Shown piece by piece: positions 34,841 through 45,400 of a DNA stretch of 64,000 bases. This stretch comes from Macrostomum lignano. Lineage: Eukaryota. A model generated the notes under the pieces. The model was not told the DNA's origin. It ran no database searches and saw only the letters and a program-made list of their open reading frames with translations. Location of the stretch: the NCBI GenBank assembly GCA_002269645.1, contig NIVC01003172.1, forward strand, positions 1 to 64,000, in the 5' to 3' direction. Numbering within the stretch: the first letter of the stretch is position 1; the number at the start of each line of letters is the position of its first letter. The position numbers and the translations under genes are program-made.

Positions 34841-36481
34841 TGTTTTCTTAGAAACCAAACTCGTGCGAAATACAAGATAAATATTTTGTTTTAATGCACC
34901 GAATGTATTTGTTTTATTTGTTGTATCAAATAATTTTGTTTTACTGCGCAAAATAAATTGGGGAATTATTTTTTGTTTTAATCATATGGGGGGGAAACCA
35001 CTATATATAGGAGCAATTTTCTAGTAAATATACTCAACTGTCTTACCGTCTCTGACTTGTGAGCAAATTCTTGCAAACAAAAATAAGCAGTTCAATCTAA
35101 AACTTTCAAAGTCTTTCCAGTTAAAATAGTGACTTATTCATTTGCAAAGTCTGAGGCACGATTCCAGGAGATTTGCTAAGAAAAGGGAATCAGGGAACAA
35201 TTCACAGAAGTATTACGAGAGAGAGACGCCGTGACCCTCTAGTCTTGGTAAATGCCCGATTAGGACTATTCACTAATACATATACCAGTACTAGACTGCT
35301 CAGGCCATAAGCTACCAGAACGCTACCAGAAAGCAAGCCATAAGCTACCAGAAAGCAAGCCATAAGCTACCAGAACGCTACCAGAAATGCTAATATGAAC
35401 GCTACCCAGAAATATTTAAATGAAATTCTAAGAAACAGTTAAGGAGTAAAAACAGAAGTGCAATCAGGATAACTTTAGTTAAGCAGACGGGAACAACACC
35501 TGTACAACTTTGGTGGCAGCTCTTAGGGTAATAAATTCTAGCATCAATAGTTAGGAGTTTAGAAAGACAGAGCCAGAAGGCCTGTCACAATATCTATATG
35601 ATAATGTTCTAATCATAGTATACCCTTTCAGCAATGAAAAACTAAAAAATCAAAGCTTGCACTAAGTTGAAGTTTCTTGTAAAACAGTTGGAAGCTAGCC
35701 AAAATCATTGATAATTTGAAGAAGGTCTATAGGGACACTGCTCCATAAGATTGAACCATTTACTACTAGATTCAGGCTTTTAAAAATGACTATTAGTTTA
35801 CATGTAAAGTGTGGTATATAAAGTGTACTTGCTCCTTTTCAAATGTTCAATTCAATTCAAACAGTGCAAAAAAGTTTTTTCTAAATTTACAAACAATATT
35901 TTTCTGAAGCATATATACCCAACCTCAAAATTTTATCCATCTGGTGCAACTTAGTTTTGTCCAGATTTGCAATTTAGTTCTTCCCAATTGCAACTTAGTT
36001 CCTCCAATTGCAACTTAATTTTCATTTTGTATATGACTTCCCTTTTTCTATTTTTTTTCTCTGTTTCTTTTCTCTTTCCCCCCTCTCTCTTCTCCTTCCT
36101 TTCTTCCAATTTTTTATTTTTTGCATTTTTAATTTTGCAACTTACCTTGGCCAATGGCCATTTTACCTGTCTAGTTCAGATGGGTCAGATGGGTGTTAGG
36201 CATTTATGTACTAAAAAATTAAAATATTACAACACAATTGTTATTTATTAATATTAAATTAAAAAATCAAAATTTAAAATAAGTTTCTTAGCATGCACAG
36301 CACTTTTTTACTTGGCACACAGTGTACAATTAAAAATTTGACTAGGGATTTGTTGCGGCACACATAGCCATAGAACTGACCATAGAATACCCACTGAGTC
36401 CTATGGCTATTATGGCCTGAACATTGGGTTTAATGCACTTAGTGTGCTATCAACCTGCTAAACTGCTTGAATACTGATTCA

Positions 36482-36736
36482 GAAAACTTTTATTAGCGCT
36501 TAGTGACTAGGGATGAAACATGGATATTTTAGTACAATCCCAAGTCTAAGGTCGAATCCAAGGAGTGGCTGCCACAAAGTTCAGTGGGCCCCAAGAAGTT
36601 TTATGTAGAAGGGTTTGCAGCAAAAGACTTGGTGACCATCTTCTATGATGTTGAGGGAGTGGTAATAGTGGACTTCTTAGAAAGCCAGATAACCATTAAT
36701 GCCATCTAATATGTGTTGCTTCTGCAAAAGTTCTAA
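36482..36736 (+). mobile_element. Degenerate mariner transposase fragment
   Basis: Translates as ENFY*RLVTRDETWIF*YNPKSKVESKEWLPQSSVGPKKF...KDLVTIFYDVEGVVIVDFLESQITINAI*YVLLLQKF, matching the mariner IVTGDETW...KVMxTVFWDxxGVIxxDFL pattern, with stops. Confidence 0.85.
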
Positions 36737-37005
36737 TTTTTTATAGATTTTTTGTAATATATTAGTATATTCCAGTGCTAGACAACATTCTGGCATTTCT
36801 AGCACTTTTAGTACTAGAAGTTTAAAGTGGCTCTTTTTTCTGGTTCTTTTTTTAGAATGCTAGACTTGGGTAATAGAAGTTACTTTTTGATAAGTCTGGT
36901 CCTCAGGTATTTAAAAATGAAATTTTAGGTGCCAAACAGCTAACTTAACAATAAATATTTCCCAAAAGTGCAAAACTTTTACCAAAATACTAGTATAATT
37001 ATACA

Positions 37006-37270
37006 CATACATGCGCAACCCCCCTGATTTACACTGGCCATGCAACTTACTTTTTGACCAAAAATGCAACTTACCTGTAAAAGAAACCCTAACGCAATTT
37101 TGGGTAAACGGCAGGAGTAACTATGACTGTCTTATAAGGTATAAATGCCTCGTCATCTAATTAGTACTATGTCTGTATTCTTCAGGCTGGGAATTTTTGC
37201 GATTACCCCTGGTCCACCACAATTTACGGTGGCCAGATTGGCCAGGTCGGCCAGCAGTTGCGCATGTATG
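37006..37270 (+). mobile_element. MITE carrying a 28S rRNA fragment (copy 1)
   Basis: 14-bp perfect TIR CATACATGCGCAAC/GTTGCGCATGTATG, 8-bp TSD ATTATACA (36998-37005 and 37271-37278), and an internal 28S-like segment at 37102-37165. Confidence 0.92.
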
Positions 37271-38230
37271 ATTATACAAAGAAAAAAAAGAGATGATCCT
37301 AGATTATATGGTTTTTACTTTTTAAGTTAAAGCATATTTTAAGTATTATGTACTGATAGAATCATAGAATCAAGTAATTATTGGTATTGGTAACTACTAA
37401 TACTGAAACAAGACACATTCAGAACAATAAACATCCTTGTTTAAAGTATGTTTAAAGTATAGCTGCTATAAAACTACAGCACAATACTAGTAGGATAACA
37501 AGAATGACCCAAACAAACTAAAGTCGCCTGAAGTATTCTACTCATTATGATACATCTATTGGACAAAAATTATCTTCATATAAACTTCTGAAGAGTCAGA
37601 AGCAACATTTGAAAATTGGCCACCCATTTTTTTGTAAAACCTAAGTGTAATTTCCTGATATTCTACTAATCTTTGTTTTGTAAAAGGTTTTGTTTATTCA
37701 CTCAAATTTTGGATGTAGTAATAATAAAAATATTTATGAGCAAGGTGCACAAGAGGCCCTTTAGGGATCTATTTCGAGCATATTTTGGAAATACACCTAT
37801 ATACATATTTATGCCACACATATACACCTTATGCACCTCTAATTTACCTTTCATGCACTTTCTGCATCCCTTTAGCACTTTTCTTTCACCTGCTGTGCCT
37901 CACTTGTGAGCCTACTGTTCACCTTTTGTGCACTTCCAGTGCCCCTTATGCACCTTTACTGCCCCTATCGCCGCAACCAATCAAAATTGAGAATTCACCT
38001 ACTGCCTAACCACTTCAATTTTACAATTGTCATGCCTCTTAAAAATATTGGTGACATTTAGGCATAAAAGGTATACTCAGGTGCATTTCCAAAGCACACA
38101 TGAAATACGCCACTAAAGTGCCTCTTTTGTGCACCTCACTTACCTTTTATGCATCTGCAGGTGCATAACTTTTCCAATGGGCCACAAAGTCATCCCCACA
38201 ATCAGCAGCCCTGATGATACAGTCTCTGTC

Positions 38231-38418
38231 CAGGGGTGTAGGGAGGGGGTTAAGGGGGATATACCCCCTCCCCCAAAGCCTGACCAAAACTTTTTTGTTG
38301 CCCTTTGTTGCTATACATGCTACCATGTCTGTCATAGTAGTTTTACCTTGGTGTATCCTCCCCATAGAAAATTCACCTTGGTGTATCCCCCCATAGAAAA
38401 TTCCTGGCTACGCTCCTG
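38231..38418. mobile_element. hAT-like MITE (188 bp)
   Basis: TIR CAGGGGTGTAG/CTACGCTCCTG; perfect 8-bp TSD TCTCTGTC (38223-38230 and 38419-38426). Confidence 0.88.
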
Positions 38419-39192
38419 TCTCTGTCACTGTTGCTTACAATAGCGCACTGCCAAGGCTGTTGTTCCATGATATCTTCATTGAATTCTGCTTCAAATTCAC
38501 TGATTCCATCTTCTTCCAGCAATTCATCGTCTTCTTTAATCTGATCTTCAGCATTCATATTGGTTCTTATTGCGCAATGATTATATAGTTATGCAGTACA
38601 GGAAAAACAAAAATTAGATTAATGTAATAAAAATGTATCTGATCTGCAAAAATCTCTGTCAAAATAGAATATAACTTTGTTTATTTTGAATTGAGTGTTT
38701 GAGTTGAAGTTCTGCTTGTTCCTTTTGAAGAAGACTTTGTTCAAAATTGGAGGTAAAATGGTGTATTAGTGCTAATAGAAAAGTGAAAATAGACCTATTA
38801 GATGCTAATTGGGCTTAACATCAATTCTTGATAAAAATTTCAAAAATTTGATATTGTTAAACTTTGAATTTTCCCTCAAAAACAACATCTTCAGGAGTAT
38901 GGCTAGGACCTAGTAATTGTTTAAAAATGGTTGTTATTTATTGGGATACTAGTTCCATAGGCTTTAAAATTTTTAGCTAAGGAAAATTGGTTTGAATCTA
39001 TTACTAGGCATTTTAATAATAAAATTTGATAGCATATTTTTATAGTATAAAACAAAGAATCAACTTTTGTTCTTTTATATGATATATTCTTTGTAAAGTA
39101 AGCTATTTTAATTTTAAGAAATATTGATTATTAATAAGAAAAAATATATTATATGTATATTTAAAATAGCAAGAAGATTAATAGTGTTAACA

Positions 39193-39322
39193 TATACATG
39201 CCCAACACCCAGCCAACCTGGCTTATTTGGCCAGGAGGCAAGAGGTCTGGCCAAGGTAAGTTGCAAAAATGCCAACTCAAAAATATAGACATAGTGCTAA
39301 TTAGATGACAAGACAAGGCATT
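39193..39322 (-). mobile_element. Truncated, inverted copy of the 28S-carrying MITE (copy 3)
   Basis: TIR-like TATACATGCCCAAC (12/14 match). The minus strand reads AATGCCTTGTCTTGTCATCTAATTAGCACTATGTCTA, homologous to the right half of copy 1. Confidence 0.75.
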
Positions 39323-39405
39323 GTTTCTTTTTATATCTGTACAAAACTTTTGATTCAAGTATTTCTTCTACTATATTATTCTACTTGTTCAAAATTGACT
39401 CACAG

Positions 39406-42400
39406 GTTCAACACCCCAGATAAGTTTGTTATTCAGCCGCACAATGGCCTGGAAACGCTTATTATTGACAGGCAGACAGGCGATATGTCAATCACTAGTA
39501 AGTAGACAGTATTTTTTACAAGCAAAATATTGATATGCCTAATTCACAAGCAATCAGTGCAGTGATGTCTTTCCGTGTTTCATCAGATGTGCGGATCAGC
39601 TGGTTTCCTGGCTCTCCTACAATTGATTGACATTAAATTTTTTGCTGAGCGCTGATTTACCAACTTTCTGTACTGTTTAACGAAATTAGGGGGTGTTTAC
39701 TAATTAACAGCAGTGCCAAATGATGTGTACATCCGTGTTTCATCCGATGGAGCAGCCTTTCATGGCTGCTCTGAGAATGATTTAAGTCCCCGATTAGAAT
39801 TCCCTATCTCTCTCAATAATCCCGATCTCTAATCCCGAGTTCCTTATCTCACTCTCGATAATCCCGATCTCTAATCCCGAGTTCCTTATCTCACTCTCGA
39901 TAATCCCGATCTCTAATCCCGAGTTCCTTATCTCACTCTCGATAATCCCGATCTCTAATCCCGAGTTCCTTATCTCACTCTCGATAATCCCGATCTCTAA
40001 TCCCGAGTTCCTTATCTCACTCTCGATAATCCCGATCTCTAATCCCGAGTTCCTTATCTCACTCTCGATAATCCCGATCTCTAATCCCGAGTTCCCTATC
40101 TGACTTCCAATAATCCCGATCTCTAATCCCTAATTCTCTATCTCACTCTCGATATTCCCGATCTCAATTTCGAATTCCATATCTCACAAAAGAAAGAAAG
40201 AAATGCAAAGATCAAGCAGCTAGCAATTTAGAATTTCCACTGCCGCTCATTCCTAATCCTAATCCAACAACCACTCGCCAACCCAGTGGACTCATCCGCT
40301 GTCTCCCGCCTCATCGTTGGTACACCACCGACGACAATCTACGGCCTGTGGGGCGTCCTGCAGCTGCTGTCTGGCCCTCACCTGTTGATAGTGCAGGCCC
40401 GTCGGCATGTCGGCAACCTGCGCGGTCACAGTCTGTGGCGTGTAGAGTCTGCGGACATTTTGCCGTATTGCCGATCTAGCCTGCATTTAACTGAGACTGC
40501 CGCGGCTGACAACGAGATTTACCTGCAGCTGGTTCGCGAGTCCCTGCGCACGCCAGGTTACTATTTCTCCTACACCACAGATCTCAGTCGCAGTCTTCAA
40601 AGCGCCTGTCGATACGCGGCGGAATCGGTTGACTACACGGCGACACCGGCGGCCGCTGCTGCTGTTGTTGATGCGACACCGTTGTGCGATCGAGCCGACG
40701 ATCGATTTGTATGGAATTATAATTCTCTGATCAAGCTGAGACGCTTTCCCAGATTTGCTCTGCCAGTTGTGCACGGCTTTGTCTGCGTCACGACTGTGCC
40801 GTTCAAGGTGAGGCCTTTCTAATCTCCAGGCATCGCAAAACAGCCTCTTGGCCAACTTTCGTGCACATACAAGTCCAAAATTAGTGTGGAATGGAACCAG
40901 AAGTTGTGGCGCGAGAGTCATACTGATCTGCTCTGCTCCCTTCCTCAGAAGGACCCTAGCATAGGTTCAGACAAACTTAGGACCGCTTTAGTAAGCCTAG
41001 TTTCGTAATTTTTTATTTCAAAAAAGATATTTCAATTGCATAATAATGATTTTAATCTTGCTACTGTTAGTAGCACTACTATTAAGCAAGTAAATTAACG
41101 GTATAATAAACCGAATCGCCGCCAGGGCCGGACCATAGACTACGCGCTGATTAGCCGGCGCTCCCGACACAGGGCCGGAGTCCGCTACTACACACGCGGC
41201 CTCGACGAGAATGGCTACGCGGCTAATTTTGTTGAAACTGAACAGATTCTGTCGGTGCCTTCGTCAGCTGGGACTAATCAAACAGCTAATCCGAATGCTC
41301 AGGCTCTGTTCAGCTTTGTCCAAACTCGCGGCTCAGTGCCATTAATCTGGTCTCAGTATCCAAATTTATTGTACAAGCCAGCGCCAACTATTAGTCAAGA
41401 TTGGGATAAACAGTTCGATGCGTTTGTTGCCCATTTTAGCGATCAGGTGAGCGCCTGTTTTGCTTGCCATCTGACAGTAGTTTGACTTAGGGGGGGGGGG
41501 CGGTGCCGCAATGATGTGATTATCCGTGTTTCATCCGATTGGAGCTGTCACTTTGACCTCCAATGATTGACATTTTTAATAACTGAGCACCTTGCAAAAA
41601 TATGGGAGATTTGTCGCTTAGTCTTATGCTATATATGAGGATAAATGTTCTTCTCTAGTTCTGATTCTCAATCCTAAGAATCCCAATTCTTAGTCCCTAA
41701 CACCGATTTTAAGAATCCCAATCATTTGTCCCCAATACCGATTCCAAGGATCCCAATCATGAGTCCCAAATACCGATTCCAAGAATCCCAATCATGAGTC
41801 CCAAATACCGATTCCAAGGATCCCAATCATGAGTCCCAAATACCGATTCCAAGGATCCCAATCATGAGTCCCAAATACCGATTCCAAGAATCCCAATCAT
41901 GAGTCCCAAATACCGATTCCAAGGATCCCAATCATGAGTCCCAAATACCGATTCCAAGAATCCCAATCATGAGTCCCAAATACCGATTCCAAGGATCCCA
42001 ATCATGAGTCCCAAATACCGATTCCAAGAATCCCAATCATGAGTCCCAAATACCGATTCCAAGGATCCCAATCATGAGTCCCAAATACCGATTCCAAGAA
42101 TCCCAATCATGAGTCCCAAATACCGATTCCAAGAATCCCAATCATGAGTCCCAAATACCGATTCCAGGAATCCCAATCATGGGTCCCAAATACCGATTCC
42201 AAGAATCCCAATCATGAGTCCCAAATACCGATTCCAAGGATCCCAATCATGAGTCCCAAATACCGATTCCAAGAATCCCAATCATGAGTCCCAAATACCG
42301 ATTCCAAGAATCCCAATCATGAGTCCCAAATACCGATTCCAAGAATCCCAATCATGAGTCCCAAATACCGATTCCAAGAATCCCAATCATGAGTCCCAAA

Positions 42401-45400
42401 TACCGATTCCAAGAATCCCAATCATGAGTCCCAAATACCGATTCCAAGAATCCCAATCATGAGTCCCAAATACCGATTCCAAGGATCCCAATTATGAGTC
42501 CCAAATACCGATTCCAAGAATCCCAATTATGAGTCCCAAATACCGATTCCAAGAATCCCAATTATGAGTCCCCAATACCGATTCCAAGAATCCCAATTAT
42601 GAGTCCCCAATACCGATTCCAAGAATCCCAATTATGAGTCCCAAATACCGATTCCAAGAATCCCAATCATGAGTCCCAAATACCGATTCCAAGAATCCCA
42701 ATTATGAGTCCCCAATACCGATTCCAAGAATCCCAATTATGAGTCCCAAATACCGATTCCAAGAATCCCAATTATGAGTCCCAAATACCGATTCCAAGAA
42801 TCCCAATTATGAGTCCCAAATACCGATTCCAAGGATCCCAATCATGAGTCCCAAATACCGATTCCAAGAATCCCAATTATGAGTCCCAAATACCGATTCC
42901 AAGAATCCCAATTATGAGTCCCAAATACCGATTCCAAGAATCCCAATCATGAGTCCCAAATACCGATTCCAAGAATCCCAATTATGAGTCCCAAATACCG
43001 ATTCCAAGAATCCCAATCATGAGTCCCAAATACCGATTCCAAGAATCCCAATCATGAGTCCCAAATACCGATTCCAAGAATCCCAATCATGAGTCCCAAA
43101 TACCGATTCCAAAGATCCTGTTCCTAATCCTTAGTCTCAGCCTAATCCTAATAACTCTTATCCCGTAATCTATCTATAATCTAATATATAAGTCTAATCT
43201 ATAAAAGATAGATTAGGCCTGATATATAACTCAGCTGTCAGTCTTCCAATGATGTCAATCCGTGTTTCATCTGATTGCAACTACTATTAGCAATATGCTG
43301 CAAACTTATAATTTGCTGCTGATGGAGGCTGCGCAATGCAAAAATATTGTTATTTTTTGCTGACTAACAATATAAATATATTAGCCTAATTTCTTTCAGG
43401 TGTTCACCCGTTGCTATGGCAACCAGGTAATTGTCAATTTATTAGACGCCGTAGGCAAAGAACGCGAACTGTGCGCCCAGTTCAGCCGGATGTGCAGCCT
43501 GACAGAGGTGACTCGCCGTTTTGATGGTCTCCGCTACGAGCACTTCGACTTTCATCGCGAGTGCAGCCGATTGAGATGGGACCGGCTTAGTCTGCTGCTG
43601 GAGCGGACTGAGCCAGACTTTGACTCTATGGGATATTTCCAGGCCGCTCCTGATGGTGAGCAACCGGGATGTGCACTTGTGTTTCTTATTATCACAGAAA
43701 ATTTTTATATATGCTCAGCTATCTGATAGTTTATTGAAAACACTTTATATAATGCCACTTTTGGACAAGGCTCCCATTCCAAGAATCCCACATCCAATCT
43801 CAATTCCAAGAATCCCACAGTTCATCTCAATTCCAAGAATCCCACAGTTCATCTCAATACCAAAAATCCCACACCCCATCTCAATTCCAAGAATCCCACA
43901 CCCCATCCCAGTTCCAAAAATCCCACATCCCATCTTAATTCCAAAAATCCCACATCCCATCTTAATTCCAAGAATCCCACACCCTATCTCAATTCCAAGA
44001 ATCCCACACCCTATCTCAATTCCAAGAATCCCACACCATATCTCAATTCCAAGAATCCCACACCCCATCTCAATTCCAAGAATCCCACACCCCATCCTAA
44101 TTCCAAGAATCCCACACCCCATCTCAATTTCAAGAATCCCACACCCCATCCTAATTCCAAGAATCCCACACCCCATCTCAATTTCAAGAATCCCACATCC
44201 CTAGCTAAATCCCTCTGACCACGTCATCCACAAAACTGCCTTTACTGCCTTCAGTGTATTTCTAGTCCATGTACATCTTCGTGTACGGTACATTACTGGT
44301 TGCGTTTGCGCCAATAGCAGGTTGTTGACATCTGGAGGTCGGTCTTCAAGTGCCATTCTTTCAATAAAATAGCCTACACATTGTTTCTTGCTACTGAACT
44401 GACAGGACCAATCAAAGATGCCGAATCATACATGCGCAACCTCCAAAATTCGGTCGGCCTTGCGACTTAGTTTTAACAAAAATGCGACGAAGTTTTTGGC
44501 CAAAAATGCGACTTACATGTAAAAAAACAACGAAAAATTAACGCAACTTTGGGTAAACGGCAAGAGTAACTATGACTGTCTTATTAAGTCAAAATGCCTC
44601 GTCAGCTACTTAGTACTAATACTACGTAGTGGGCGTTTTCGGGTGGGCATTTTTGCGACTTCCTTGGTTGGCCGCCAAATCGGTCGGCCGGATCGGCCGA
44701 CTCGGCCGACTGTTGCGCATGTATGTGCCGAATGGCCCATCTTATTAGTGTCTGTGGCGCAGAATAAGTGCTGAACTAAAGTAATAATACTAAACATGGA
44801 AACCAAAAAACATAAATTGTATTTGGATAAGTTTTCAACGATTTTGGTTCAGAAAACCTCCCCAAATGACAGCGTTTAAAAAGAGCGTTGCAAAACAATG
44901 AGCAGAGATAAAGGCTTGTTTATGCTAACAAGAAACTTATTGCCTGCAGATTAGCTAATAATCATAAAGAGAAGCAGAAGAAAAAATGGCCATAAAGCAA
45001 TATGAAAGATGCGCGCCTGACAAAAACCTGAATATATAGGAAAGAGCAACTGGCCTAAAAAAACTGGCCTTTTATAACAAAGAAAGTGCGTGTTTAACAA
45101 AGAACTCGACTAAAAAAATTATGCTATTCGTAAAATATACAACTGTTTGTTATGCTGCAAGACTCGACAAGTTTTAGCAAGTGGGCCGTTGGTTCAATTG
45201 AGTCACCGCTGCATGCCTTCAGCACAGGAAATGAGTGACGTGGATTATTAAAGCTGGTTGCAACATTTGGTCCCAACGTGTGTTAAGCTGGCGCTCACCT
45301 GTTGGAGCAGGGCAGTCTTTCATCAAGCCAGCTGCAGGTTGCTCAGGTACGACTCCAGCCTGTTAATCTCATTTTTCAAAATTTCCTCTCGCTCGCGAAA

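Noticed and set aside
36364-36410. 10-bp inverted repeat ATAGCCATAG/CTATGGCTAT
   Set aside because: Too short and no TSD. Isolated CCATAG termini at 16528 and 46628 also lack matching ends or TSDs.
37102-37165. 28S rRNA gene
   Set aside because: Only about 64 bp, mutated and enclosed by TIRs and a TSD; it is a captured fragment, not an rRNA gene.
41700-43115. CRISPR-like appearance of the 22-35 bp arrays
   Set aside because: The units are head-to-tail with no unique spacers, there are no cas genes, and the context is eukaryotic.
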